A stretch of 64,000 nucleotides of DNA from a candidate division WOR-3 bacterium (GCA_965648905.1 CBFGIT010000011.1:3810-67809); one strand, 5' to 3'. Counted from the first letter of the stretch, positions 1 to 9,827 are shown. Program-made: numbers and translations. The notes: a model not told the origin generated them from the sequence alone.

Positions 1-765
1 TGCAAGGCATTTGACAAGCCGGTAATCTCGCATTGCGAGGTGAATGAGCTGGTCGAGGGCCTTGCCAACGAAGGCAGGATGAGTACGAAACTCGGGCTGG
101 CTTCGTCACCAGACACGGCCGAGGCGGCGCAGGCAGCACGGGACATTCTGCTTGCCGAGCTGACCGGCAGCCGGTTGCACATTGCCCATGTTTCGGCTGC
201 GGTCACGGTTGATATCATCCGCTGGGCCAAGGCCCGTGGGGTCATGGTCACGGCCGAGACCTGCCCCCACTACTTTGCCCTGACCGACGAAGCCCTGGCG
301 ACCTTTGACACCAACTTTCGGGTCAATCCACCGCTGCGCACCGAGCACGACCGCCAGGCCGTGATTTCCGGTCTTGCTGATGGCACGATTGACGCAATCG
401 CCACCGACCACGCCCCGCACACCCAGGTCGAAAAAGAGACCGAATGGGACAGCGCTCCTCCTGGAATCATCGGACTTGAGACCGCGTTCAGCCTTGGGTA
501 CGAACTACTGGTACTGAGCGGCGCGATGAATCTTGCCGGGCTCCTGCATCGGCTTACGGTTGCACCGGCACAAATCCTGGGGATTCCAGTGGGCCCGATT
601 GAACCGGGCAGACCAGCCGAGCTGGTTGTTCTCGACCTTGATGCCAGGTGGGTGTGTGCGGCTGACCAGGTCCGCTCGCGTTCGTGCAACACGCCGTTCC
701 TCGGCCGGACCATGACCGGCCGGGTGACAGCCGCCATTATCGGTCAGACCCGGTTCAGCTTCTAG
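1..765 (+). CDS. pyrC: dihydroorotase, C-terminal part (5' end outside window)
   Basis: Frame 1 is open from base 1. Contains the ATDHAPH motif and the typical amidohydrolase C-terminus. Stop TAG at 763-765. Confidence 0.8.
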   Translation, partial: CKAFDKPVISHCEVNELVEGLANEGRMSTKLGLASSPDTAEAAQAARDILLAELTGSRLHIAHVSAAVTVDIIRWAKARGVMVTAETCPHYFALTDEALATFDTNFRVNPPLRTEHDRQAVISGLADGTIDAIATDHAPHTQVEKETEWDSAPPGIIGLETAFSLGYELLVLSGAMNLAGLLHRLTVAPAQILGIPVGPIEPGRPAELVVLDLDARWVCAADQVRSRSCNTPFLGRTMTGRVTAAIIGQTRFSF

Positions 766-783
766 TCGCGCCCGCGGATTTAC

Positions 784-812
784 TTGACAGGACAGGTGTT
801 GTGCGTTAGCTT
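784..812 (+). promoter_or_regulatory. sigma70-like promoter TTGACA-N17-TAGCTT upstream of the sensor kinase
   Basis: TTGACA at 784-789 and TAGCTT at 807-812. About 80 nt of leader with GAGAGGA before the ATG at 892. Confidence 0.45.
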
Positions 813-891
813 GAGTGGGGGGATGACAGAAGGATGGGCGGAAAGGGAGACGAAACCGCAGTCTGAGGGCAATGTGTGAAGTGAGAGGAAT

Positions 892-3800
892 ATGGATAGC
901 AGGCCGTGTCGGGTTCTGTTTGTTGACGACGACAAGGTAGACCAGCTCGCGTTCAAGCGCCTGGTCGCGGAACAGAAGCTGGCCTACGAGACAACCATCG
1001 CCGGGTCGGTCGCCGAGGCAAGACAGGCGCTGGGCAGCCGGGATTTTGACATCGTCATCGCCGACTATCGGTTGGGGGATGGAACCGCCTTTGACCTGAT
1101 TGAATACATCCGGTCTACTCCGGTCGTCTTTGTCACCGGCTCGGGCAGCGAGGAGGTCGCAGTCCGGGCAATGCACGCGGGCGCGGCCGACTACCTGATA
1201 AAGGACCCGGAACGGAACTACCTGAAAGTGCTGCCGGCAACGGTTGAGCACGCACTCGCGCGCGTGCGTGCCGAAGAGCAGGTGAGAAAACTGACCAAGG
1301 CACTGGAAGAGAGCCCGGCCGCGGTCGTTGTCACTGACCGCGAGGGACACATCGAATACGTCAATCCCCGCTTCACTCTGCTGACCGGTTACGACAGCGC
1401 TGAGGCACTCGGCAAGACCCCGAGGATTCTTAAGTCCGGGGCGCACCCGCCCGATTTCTACCAGCGGATGTGGGCCATGATTCTCTCGGGTCGGGTCTGG
1501 CGCGGAGAGGTGTACGACCGGAGGCGCGATGGAACCCTGTTCTGGGCTGCGCTTTCCATCTCGCCCCTGCGCAGTCCGACCGGTGACGTTTCCCATTTTG
1601 TTGCAGTTGCTGAGGACGTCAGTGACCGACGGCGGGCCGAGGAGATGCTGCGCGAAAGCGAGGAGAACTTCCGGGCCCTGGCCGAAAACGCCAACGACGG
1701 CATACTCATCACTGTGGACGAAACCAGCCACGTCTATGCCAACCGCCGGGTCGCGGAGATGGTCGGCCAGACACGCGAGCAACTGCTGACCAGGAGCCTC
1801 TGGGAGCTCGCGCCTGGTCCGGAGCAGCAGCGGCTGAGGGACATCCACACCCGACGCATCCGGGGTGAGCCGATGCCCGAGCTGTACGAGACCAGTCTCC
1901 TCCGGTCCGACGGTACGCCGGTCCCGGTTGAGGTAACGGTGGCAGCGACGACCTGGCGTGGTCGTCCGGCCGTCATGCGCGTCATCCGCGACATATCGGA
2001 GAGAGTCAAGGCCCAGCAGGCGCTCCGGGACAGTGAAGAACAGCACCGCACCCTGGTCGAGCGCTCCAACACCGGCATCGCAATCATCCAGGACGGACTG
2101 GTCCGCTACGCCAACCCCAGACTGCTCGAGCTCTCGGGCTGGTCGAGCGAAGAAATCGTGGGCCGTCCGTTTGTTGAGTTTGTCCGGCCGGACGAGCGGC
2201 CCAAAGTCATCGCCATGTACCAGCGCCGCATGCGCGGGGAAAACGTTCCGGCTTCGTACGAAACCGTGTTTCGGCGTCAGGACGGTTCGAGCGCCTATGT
2301 CGAAATCAATGCCGGTGTCATCAGCTTCGAGGGCCGGCCCGCCGACTTCGTCGTGGTTCACGACATAACCCGACGTCGTGAAGCCGAAGCAGCGCTCGGT
2401 GAGAAAGAAGCCCGTCTGCGGAGACTGGTCGACCAGGTTCCGGCGATACTCTGGACGACCGACCGCGACCTGAGATTCACCTCCTCGGTCGGAGCCGGGC
2501 TGGCCCGACTCAACCTGGTGCCCGGTCAGGTCGTGGGGATGAGTCTGGCCGATTTCTTCCAGACCAAAGACCCTGATGCCCTGCCGATCGCCTCGCACCG
2601 ACGGGCCCTTGCCGGGCAGTCGGTGACCTATGTCTTTGAGTGGAAAGGAAACGCCTACGACACCGACGTCGAGCCGCTCTACGACGAACACGGCAATATC
2701 ATCGGCACGGTCGGCATCGCTCTCGATATCACCCAGTTGGTCCGGGCCGAAACTGCGCTGCAGGAAAGCGAGGAGAACTTCCGTCAGCTTGCGGCCAATG
2801 CCAGCGACGGCATCATCATCGCACAGCCAAACGGCGCGGTGCTGTATGCCAATCCCCGAGCCGCCGCACTTTCCGGCTATCCGGCCGAGCAGCTTCTCAC
2901 GACGCCGCTGCACCGGCTGATTGCTGACCCGGCCGGCCGCGCCAGTCTGGCTCGGGCGGCAGATGACGTCATGCACGGCCATCCGTCGCCGACAGTCGAA
3001 ATCGCCCTCACCCGACGGGATAGCCCGGAGGTGCAGCTTGAAGTCACGACCGCGCTCACAACCTGGCAGGGCCGGCCCGCGGTCATGCACATCATGCGCG
3101 ACATCACCGAGCGCAAACAGGCCGAACAGGCCCTGCGTCAGGAACGCGACCGGGCCCAGTCCTACCTTGACGTGGCCGGCGGCATCATCGTTGCCCTGGA
3201 CCGTCAGGGCGTTGTCACCCTGATTAACCACGCCGGCGCAGCGATTCTCGGTCACACGCCGGAGGAAATCGTCGGCCGCAGTTGGTACGACACGTTCGTC
3301 CCCGAGTCGACAAGGGCGGCCCGGCGCGCCGCGTTCGAGCGCCTGATGCTTGAAGCCGCCGGCCCTTCCGAAGCCCAGTTTCACTCGGAGAACGCCGTGC
3401 TGACGCGCGACGGCCGAGAGCGGGTGATTGCCTGGCATGATACGGTTGTGCATGATGAACAGGGGCGGCGCGCGGGTATGCTCAGCTCGGGATACGACAT
3501 CACCGACCGGAAAGAAGCCGAGGCCGAACGCGAGCGGCTGATTGCCGAGCTGGATGCCTATGCCGGAACCGTTGCCCATGACCTGAACAATCCGCTCTCC
3601 TCGGTCCTCGGCTTCACCGAACTCCTGAAGCAGAACAAGCAGCTCTGGGCCGACGAGGACGCACGTGAGAACCTGCTGCACGTCGAGGCAGGCGCCAACC
3701 GGATGAAGAACATCATCGCCGAGCTCCTGCTGCTTGCGACCGTACGCAAGACGAACGTCGTGGCGCAGCCGGTGAACATGAAGCAGGTCGTGACCGCGGC

Positions 3801-4284
3801 GCTCGAACGCCTCGCGTTCATGGTCCGGGAGTTCAAGCCGGAAATCATCCTCCCGGACGTCTGGCCCAAGGCGATGGGCCATGGCCCATGGCTCGAAGAG
3901 GTCTGGACCAACTACTTCAGCAACGCCATGAAGTACGGCGGCCGGCCACCCCGAATTGAAGTCGGTGGGCGTGTCCTTGAAGCGCCTTTTGTGCTCTACT
4001 GGGTCGCGGACAACGGCCCCGGACTCGCACCCGAAGAGCAGCAGAAGCTCTTCACACCCTTCACCCGCATCCATGAGAACACGGCTGCAGGCCACGGTCT
4101 GGGCTTATCGATTGTCCGGCGCATCATGGACAAGCTTGGGGGCGAAACTTGGCTTCAGAGCACCCCCGGCCAGGGGAGCAGGTTCGGGTTCATCCTGCCG
4201 GCAGCAAAAGAGACACCCCGCGGTTCACGAACCGGTGCCCGGCCCGGCCATCGGAAACGAAGTCCAAGGGGACGCGACAAGTAG
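892..4284 (+). CDS. hybrid sensor histidine kinase: N-terminal receiver, multiple PAS domains, HisKA and HATPase_c
   Basis: REC domain (VLFVDDD ... IADYRLGDG). Repeated PAS-like units each closed by a coiled linker (ESEENFR occurs three times). H-box VAHDLNNPLS. G-boxes DNGPGL and GHGLGLSIV. Confidence 0.85.
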   Translation: MDSRPCRVLFVDDDKVDQLAFKRLVAEQKLAYETTIAGSVAEARQALGSRDFDIVIADYRLGDGTAFDLIEYIRSTPVVFVTGSGSEEVAVRAMHAGAADYLIKDPERNYLKVLPATVEHALARVRAEEQVRKLTKALEESPAAVVVTDREGHIEYVNPRFTLLTGYDSAEALGKTPRILKSGAHPPDFYQRMWAMILSGRVWRGEVYDRRRDGTLFWAALSISPLRSPTGDVSHFVAVAEDVSDRRRAEEMLRESEENFRALAENANDGILITVDETSHVYANRRVAEMVGQTREQLLTRSLWELAPGPEQQRLRDIHTRRIRGEPMPELYETSLLRSDGTPVPVEVTVAATTWRGRPAVMRVIRDISERVKAQQALRDSEEQHRTLVERSNTGIAIIQDGLVRYANPRLLELSGWSSEEIVGRPFVEFVRPDERPKVIAMYQRRMRGENVPASYETVFRRQDGSSAYVEINAGVISFEGRPADFVVVHDITRRREAEAALGEKEARLRRLVDQVPAILWTTDRDLRFTSSVGAGLARLNLVPGQVVGMSLADFFQTKDPDALPIASHRRALAGQSVTYVFEWKGNAYDTDVEPLYDEHGNIIGTVGIALDITQLVRAETALQESEENFRQLAANASDGIIIAQPNGAVLYANPRAAALSGYPAEQLLTTPLHRLIADPAGRASLARAADDVMHGHPSPTVEIALTRRDSPEVQLEVTTALTTWQGRPAVMHIMRDITERKQAEQALRQERDRAQSYLDVAGGIIVALDRQGVVTLINHAGAAILGHTPEEIVGRSWYDTFVPESTRAARRAAFERLMLEAAGPSEAQFHSENAVLTRDGRERVIAWHDTVVHDEQGRRAGMLSSGYDITDRKEAEAERERLIAELDAYAGTVAHDLNNPLSSVLGFTELLKQNKQLWADEDARENLLHVEAGANRMKNIIAELLLLATVRKTNVVAQPVNMKQVVTAALERLAFMVREFKPEIILPDVWPKAMGHGPWLEEVWTNYFSNAMKYGGRPPRIEVGGRVLEAPFVLYWVADNGPGLAPEEQQKLFTPFTRIHENTAAGHGLGLSIVRRIMDKLGGETWLQSTPGQGSRFGFILPAAKETPRGSRTGARPGHRKRSPRGRDK

Positions 4285-4289
4285 CGCAC

Positions 4290-5102
4290 TTGGCAATTGT
4301 CGTTGACCTTCTTGTTCTTATTGTTCTGGTGTTGGCAGTCTATGCCGAGGTCGGCCGCGGCCTGTTTCTGGCGCTGACTGATATCTTCCGGGTTGCTGCG
4401 GCGCTGGTCTTGGGCCTTGCTGCCCATGCGCTTGTTCACCTGATAGCTCACAACTATGTGGCCAGTCTTGTTGCCTTTGGCCTGGTCGCGCTGCTTGTCA
4501 TCATGCTCGTCCCTGCGGCCATCCGCTCGGCTGCGCTTGACCCGGCCTGGGGCAGGTCGGTCCTGGGCCGGATTGGCGCCGGGCTGGTCGGCACCGGACT
4601 TGGTCTAGCGATCTGCGCGGTCTTCGTGCCGGTACTGAGCCGGACGCCGGAAATCGGACTGGTTGTCGCGCGGTCTCAACTGGGAAGCCGCTTCCTGGCG
4701 GCTGCGCCATGGTTTCACTATGCGGCTGACCAGCTCAATCTCGACCTGCCGATGCTCAACGTCAGTCCGGTGCGGTTCGAGGACGAAGGTGCACCGGTCC
4801 GACCCCGGCTGGTCGAACGTATCAACTATTCCCGCCTTGATGGCAGCACCTGCATCGCCTGCCGCGGCCGGGTGCGCTTTGTCGGCTACAGGCAGCGATT
4901 CGGTTTTGCCGTCTCGCCGTTGTTCGTCTGCGAAGAGTGCGAACGAACCTCAGACGGGTGCCAGACATACGAGGGCTTCCATCTCATGTACGGCCGGTGC
5001 CCGGTGCGGGTTGCGGGCAAGTCCGGGGGAATTGACTGCGGGGTCTGGCCCAACGGTATTGAGGTCGTACCGCGCGGGCCGTGTCCGGTCTGTGGTGAGT
5101 AG
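4290..5102 (+). CDS. CvpA-like multi-pass membrane protein with a C-terminal Cys-rich (zinc-ribbon-like) domain
   Basis: Four or five hydrophobic helices, then CIACRG ... CEECE ... CPVCGE. The start is uncertain: I chose the TTG at 4290, just after the kinase stop, and the ORF track ATG at 4149 overlaps the kinase. Confidence 0.5.
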   Translation: MAIVVDLLVLIVLVLAVYAEVGRGLFLALTDIFRVAAALVLGLAAHALVHLIAHNYVASLVAFGLVALLVIMLVPAAIRSAALDPAWGRSVLGRIGAGLVGTGLGLAICAVFVPVLSRTPEIGLVVARSQLGSRFLAAAPWFHYAADQLNLDLPMLNVSPVRFEDEGAPVRPRLVERINYSRLDGSTCIACRGRVRFVGYRQRFGFAVSPLFVCEECERTSDGCQTYEGFHLMYGRCPVRVAGKSGGIDCGVWPNGIEVVPRGPCPVCGE

Positions 5103-5183
5103 TCTCGTGAGTCGTCGTCCTCAGTCCCGGTTCGGGGAATCGCAAGTCCTTGACTGGCGCGCTCACTAGACCTAGACTGTCCT

Positions 5184-5561
5184 ATGGAGAAGAAGCATAT
5201 TCTTGTCGTCGACGACCAGCCTTCAATGAGGCTGATGCTGCGTCGCTTCTTCGAACCGGACGGCCACCGCATCTCCGAGGCCAAGGACGCCGAAAGCGCC
5301 CTGGCGCTGATTGCGTCTGAGTCGCCCGATGTCGTCCTGCTCGACCTGAAAATGCCCGGCTGCAGCGGACACGAAGTACTCAAACGGCTGAGAGCCGAAT
5401 CCGGATTCCGCACGCCGGTCATCGTGCTCACCGGCCAGACCGACTGGGCGAGTGTCGATGCGTGCATCGAAGAAGGCGCCAGCGCCTATGTCACCAAACC
5501 GGTGACCAAAGACCAGCTCGTAGCCAAGATCGAGGAGGTTCTCGCCAACCCGAAGAAGTAG
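5184..5561 (+). CDS. single-domain response regulator (CheY-like receiver)
   Basis: ILVVDDQ ... VVLLDLKMPG ... VIVLTG ... YVTKP receiver motifs. Confidence 0.85.
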   Translation: MEKKHILVVDDQPSMRLMLRRFFEPDGHRISEAKDAESALALIASESPDVVLLDLKMPGCSGHEVLKRLRAESGFRTPVIVLTGQTDWASVDACIEEGASAYVTKPVTKDQLVAKIEEVLANPKK

Positions 5562-5647
5562 TCTGCCGTTCGCCCCTCGCCCTGCGCGGTTCGCCCCGGC
5601 CAGTCTACATTCTGACCTTTGACCGGCATCGGCCCTTCGCCGTCTCC

Positions 5648-5676
5648 TTGACTTTACTATCGGCTTTCAATATCCT
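5648..5676 (+). promoter_or_regulatory. sigma70-like promoter TTGACT-N17-TATCCT, 9 nt upstream of the ATG at 5686
   Basis: Read directly from the sequence. No Shine-Dalgarno fits between the -10 box and the ATG. Confidence 0.5.
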
Positions 5677-5685
5677 AGCTTGAGC

Positions 5686-6807
5686 ATGGCACACGCATAT
5701 ACTCCCGGACTGAAGGTAACCCAGCGGACTCTGGTACGGAAGCAGCGACGGCTGCCTCTGCCCGGCGAGACGCTGGTGAACCAGGGCCAGCGCGTCAAGG
5801 GCGACGACATCGTGGCGCGAACCGCGCTGCCCGGCAACGTAACAACGGTCAACGTCGGCGGCCTGCTCGGCGTGCCGCCCGAGGACGTTCCCTCGATGAT
5901 GGTTAAGCAGGCCGGTGACACGGTCAAGAAGGACGAGGTAATCGCTCTGTCCAAGGGCTTCTTCGGGCTGTTCCGGTCTGAGGTGAAGTCGCCGGTTACG
6001 GGCACGGTCGAGAACGTCTCGTCGGTCACCGGGCAGGTGATTCTGCGTGAGCCGCCCGAGCCGGTTCAGGTTGACGCGTACGTCGAAGGCGTGGTGAGCG
6101 AGGTCATTCCGCGCGAGGGCGTGGTTGTCGAAACCGAGGCGAGTCTGGTTCAGGGCATTTTTGGTGTCGGCGGCGAGGTACGCGGCATTCTGAAGACAAT
6201 CGTTGATTCGCCGGACCAGGTCGTGACCGCGCGCGAGATTCCGGTTGAGTGCCGGGGCATGGTGCTGGTCGGCGGTTCGCTCGTGACTTACGAGGCGATC
6301 GAGGCAGCACTGGCCCGGGGTGCGAAGGCGATTGTCGCCGGCGGCATCGAGGATGCGACCCTGCGCCGGTTCCTGGGCTATGACATCGGCGTGGCGATAA
6401 CCGGCTCGGAAAAGAAAGGTCTGACGGTGATTGCGACCGAAGGGTTTGGCGCGATGCGCATGGCCCAGAAGACATTTGACCTTCTCAGGTCGCTTGAGGG
6501 CAGAATGGCGTCGGTCAACGGTGCTACCCAGATTCGCGCCGGCGTCATCAGGCCTGAGATAATTGTGCCCCATGAGCACTCGGCTGCGTCTGCGGTTCAG
6601 AGCACGGTTGAAGGTGGCCTGGCGCTCGGGATTCCGGTGCGGATTATCCGCCAGCCCAATTTCGGCCGCATCGGCAAGGTGACGAGTTTGCCGGTCGAAT
6701 TGGCCGTGATTGAAACCGAGGCCCGAGCCCGGGTGCTTGAGGTGGAACTCGACTCGGGCGAACGTGTCACGATTCCGCGCGCCAACGTCGAAATCATCGA
6801 GGGCTAG
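5686..6807 (+). CDS. conserved hypothetical protein with lipoyl/barrel-sandwich-hybrid-like segments and no signal peptide
   Basis: Long ORF with balanced composition. Segments such as GDxVxxGxxIA and KSPVTGTVENV resemble hybrid-motif folds. The ORF track TTG at 5680 was replaced by the ATG at 5686. I do not recognise the family. Confidence 0.6.
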   Translation: MAHAYTPGLKVTQRTLVRKQRRLPLPGETLVNQGQRVKGDDIVARTALPGNVTTVNVGGLLGVPPEDVPSMMVKQAGDTVKKDEVIALSKGFFGLFRSEVKSPVTGTVENVSSVTGQVILREPPEPVQVDAYVEGVVSEVIPREGVVVETEASLVQGIFGVGGEVRGILKTIVDSPDQVVTAREIPVECRGMVLVGGSLVTYEAIEAALARGAKAIVAGGIEDATLRRFLGYDIGVAITGSEKKGLTVIATEGFGAMRMAQKTFDLLRSLEGRMASVNGATQIRAGVIRPEIIVPHEHSAASAVQSTVEGGLALGIPVRIIRQPNFGRIGKVTSLPVELAVIETEARARVLEVELDSGERVTIPRANVEIIEG

Positions 6808-6813
6808 TTCGGC

Positions 6814-7710
6814 TTGAAATCTGGGCTCGGGCTGGTTCTGCTCTTCGGCCTTGCGGCCGCCGGGCCGACCGGTTTCTCATCGCTCAAGGTGCTGCCTGGT
6901 GCGCGTGAAGCCGGCATGGCCGGTGCCGGCGTTGCTTCCAGTATGGGCCCGGCTGCGGTTGCCTGGAACCCGGCAGCAGATGCAGGGCTGACCGGCTTCG
7001 CGGCGACCGCTTCATACTCCAAGTGGCTTCTCGACTCCCGTCAGCAGGCGCTCTTTGTCTCACGCGGCTTCTCTCCGCTTCGTTTTACTGTCGGCCTGGT
7101 CAGTTTCTCTGCCGGTGAGTTTGAGTACCGGGTCAAGCCGACCGAGCAGCCGATTGGCACATTCACTCCGACCGACCTGACCGCATACCTGAGTCTGGCA
7201 CATTCGTTTGGCTCAAGAATACAGCTTGGGCTTACCGGCCGGTACTACTATACGCGGATCATGGAGCACGATGGCAGCGGCCCGGGCGTGGATGTCGGGC
7301 TCCGGGCAATTCCGTTTAAGAACACGACCATCGGCGTTTCACTTCTGGACTTCGGCAAGACGATTGCCTACCAGCGCGAAGTGTTCTGGCTCCCCGCACG
7401 GATACGCGGCGGCATCAGTCACACCCTGCCTTTGGGTGAGCTGGCGCTGGCCGGCACGATCGACGGGTCATACTTCATCTACAACCGGAAAGGCGATGTG
7501 CGGGCCGGGATTGAGCTGGCATGGAACCAGAGTCTCTTTCTCCGGGCCGGCTACGGTCTGTTCGTCTCCAGTCCGGCAAGCCTCGGGCTGGGCGCGCGGG
7601 CCGGACTGGTACGACTCGACTACGCCTATGCGCCGCTCGGCTTTGACTTGGGCTCGACGCATCGATTTGCCATTACGCTCGGCAGTCTGAGCAGCCGGTC
7701 GTCCTGGTAA
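6814..7710 (+). CDS. PorV/PorQ-family-like outer-membrane beta-barrel (T9SS-associated)
   Basis: Signal peptide, then LPGAREAGMAGAGVA ... AVAWNPA near the N-terminus. Alternating beta-strand pattern and an aromatic C-terminus. TTG start 6 nt after the upstream stop. Confidence 0.5.
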   Translation: MKSGLGLVLLFGLAAAGPTGFSSLKVLPGAREAGMAGAGVASSMGPAAVAWNPAADAGLTGFAATASYSKWLLDSRQQALFVSRGFSPLRFTVGLVSFSAGEFEYRVKPTEQPIGTFTPTDLTAYLSLAHSFGSRIQLGLTGRYYYTRIMEHDGSGPGVDVGLRAIPFKNTTIGVSLLDFGKTIAYQREVFWLPARIRGGISHTLPLGELALAGTIDGSYFIYNRKGDVRAGIELAWNQSLFLRAGYGLFVSSPASLGLGARAGLVRLDYAYAPLGFDLGSTHRFAITLGSLSSRSSW

Positions 7711-7717
7711 CCAAGCC

Positions 7718-8656
7718 ATGGCTGAAGGTTGGCTCGATTTCGAACAACCGCTCGCGCAACTGGTCGAGCGGCTGGACGAGCTGACTGCGATTGGCGCGAA
7801 AGAAGAAGCGGCCAAAGTCGCTGACCAGGTTGAGAAGATGAAGGTGAAGCTCTATGCCGACCTGACACCCTGGCAGCGCGTACTCCTGGCCCGGCATCCC
7901 CGCCGGCCCTACACCCTGGACTACGTTGCCCGAATCACGACCGACTTCGTCGAGCTGCACGGCGACCGGGTGTTCGGTGACGACTCGGCCTTGGTCGCTG
8001 GTCTGGGCCGGATTGACAACCTGAAGTGCGCAATTATCGGCCACCAGAAAGGCCGCGATACCAGGGACAAACTCGCCCGCAACTTCGGGATGCCGCATCC
8101 TGAGGGCTATCGCAAAGCCCTGCGGGTCATGGAGATGGCCGAACGTTTCGGTCTGGCCGTGGTATGTCTGGTTGATACGCCGGGCGCGTACCCGGGCGTC
8201 GGCGCTGAGGAACGGGGTCAGGCCGAGGCGATTGCCCGCAACCTGCGGGCGATGGCCATGCTTCCTGTGCCGGTGGTCGTGGTTGTCACCGGTGAAGGAG
8301 GGTCAGGCGGGGCACTCGCGATCGCGGTCGGCAACCGCGTACTGATGCAGGAGAACGCGGTCTACTCGGTGATTTCGCCCGAGGGGTGTGCATCGATTCT
8401 CTGGCGCGACAATGACCGGGCTGAAGAGGCGGCAAGGGTGATGCGCATGACCGCGCGCGAGCTGGCCGAGTTTGGAGTCATCGACGGAGTCATCCCTGAG
8501 CCGCTGGGCGGCGCCCATCAGGATTGGGATGCGGCCGCGCAACTACTCAAGACCGCGGTGCTCGCGCACTGCCGGGAACTCGCGGCTCTAAGCGGGGATG
8601 AGCTGGTTGCGCAGCGCGTTGCCCGCTTTGCCGCAATCGGCGCTTACGGCGACTGA
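7718..8656 (+). CDS. accA: acetyl-CoA carboxylase carboxyltransferase subunit alpha
   Basis: LDFEQPL ... RHPRRPYTLDY ... DTPGAYPG ... GEGGSGGALA motifs. Confidence 0.9.
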   Translation: MAEGWLDFEQPLAQLVERLDELTAIGAKEEAAKVADQVEKMKVKLYADLTPWQRVLLARHPRRPYTLDYVARITTDFVELHGDRVFGDDSALVAGLGRIDNLKCAIIGHQKGRDTRDKLARNFGMPHPEGYRKALRVMEMAERFGLAVVCLVDTPGAYPGVGAEERGQAEAIARNLRAMAMLPVPVVVVVTGEGGSGGALAIAVGNRVLMQENAVYSVISPEGCASILWRDNDRAEEAARVMRMTARELAEFGVIDGVIPEPLGGAHQDWDAAAQLLKTAVLAHCRELAALSGDELVAQRVARFAAIGAYGD

Positions 8657-8661
8657 TTCCT

Positions 8662-9555
8662 GTGTCCGCGGGTGGTAACTTCCGCTCGGGCTATGTCGCA
8701 ATCATCGGCCTGCCCAATGTCGGCAAGTCAACGCTGCTTAACTGCCTGCTTGGCCATCACCTTGCCGCGGTTGCTCCCCGACCTCAGACCACGCGCCACA
8801 AGCTCCTCGGCATCCTGAACCTGCCCGGTTGTCAGGCTGTCTTCCTCGACACCCCCGGGTTGCTCGACCCTAAGTACGCACTCCAGCGCCTGATGAAACA
8901 GGAGATTGAGAACGCGGTCAAGGACGCCGACCTGCTGCTCGCCGTGATTGACGGAACTGCTGACCCCGGTTCAGTCGAACCGGTGCTTTCCCTGGTATCG
9001 AAACGACCCACGGTTGTGGCGATAAACAAGGTTGACCTTCTGCCTGACAAGACGGTCCTGCTCCAGTTCGCCGCCCGGCTGAGTGCGGCCGGACTCGACA
9101 ACGTCCTGATGGTCTCGGCTCTCAAAGGGCACGGAACTGCACAGCTCAAGACCGCGATTGTCAATGCCCTGCCTGAGGGTGAACCCTATTACCCGACCGA
9201 TGAGCTGGCAGACCGGCCCGAGCGGTTCTTCTGCGCCGAGTTCATCCGCGAGGCGGTCTTCAATCTGTATGGCGAAGAGGTACCTTACTCAACCACGGTG
9301 GTAGTCGAGGAGTTCAAGGAGCGGTTCGGTCGCAAGGACCTTGTCCGGGCAACGGTCTATGTGGAACGGGACTCGCAGAAGGCGATTCTCATTGGCCGCA
9401 ACGGTGCCGCGCTCAAACGTGTAGGCCAACGCGCACGCCGCGCAATCGAGGGCTTTCTGGGCCGCGGTGTCTATCTCGAACTGTGGGTGAAAGTCGCCCG
9501 AGACTGGCGCAACGACGAAGGTTTCATCAGACAGAATGTCTTCGGACGTGGATAG
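8662..9555 (+). CDS. era: GTPase Era
   Basis: G1 GLPNVGKST, G3 DTPG, G4 NKVD, and a C-terminal KH domain (VERDSQKAILIGRNG). Confidence 0.9.
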   Translation: MSAGGNFRSGYVAIIGLPNVGKSTLLNCLLGHHLAAVAPRPQTTRHKLLGILNLPGCQAVFLDTPGLLDPKYALQRLMKQEIENAVKDADLLLAVIDGTADPGSVEPVLSLVSKRPTVVAINKVDLLPDKTVLLQFAARLSAAGLDNVLMVSALKGHGTAQLKTAIVNALPEGEPYYPTDELADRPERFFCAEFIREAVFNLYGEEVPYSTTVVVEEFKERFGRKDLVRATVYVERDSQKAILIGRNGAALKRVGQRARRAIEGFLGRGVYLELWVKVARDWRNDEGFIRQNVFGRG

Positions 9556-9577
9556 AATCAGCGTACAGCATATCGAA

Positions 9578-9624
9578 CAGATGCGAGACTGCGATACCTT
9601 CTCCTTACCGCAGTCTCGCATCTG
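9578..9624. terminator. perfect 16-bp inverted repeat with a 15-nt loop between convergent era and the helicase gene
   Basis: CAGATGCGAGACTGCG (9578-9593) pairs with CGCAGTCTCGCATCTG (9609-9624). There is no U-tract on either side. Confidence 0.45.
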
Positions 9625-9827
9625 ACGTCCCCAGATCGCCTCAATTCCTAACAGTCGACCGTCATATTGCACATCCTGTGCCAATCAGGGCCGATGCAGC
9701 TAGCATCATAAGTAACGTATATACGTATCTTGCCTATGTGAATCGAACGCTGATTGTATCAGATGCTTTGTGCTCTGACGAATGTTGCTGCAATATGTCG
9801 CGAAATACGGCAGCCAGTCTGCCAAGC

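Noticed and set aside
505-4095. 1196-aa ORF on the minus strand
   Set aside because: It is exactly antisense to the REC-PAS-histidine kinase gene. Its composition is Arg/Gly/Pro/Val-rich and I see no domain motifs. This is a typical stop-poor shadow frame of a high-GC gene.
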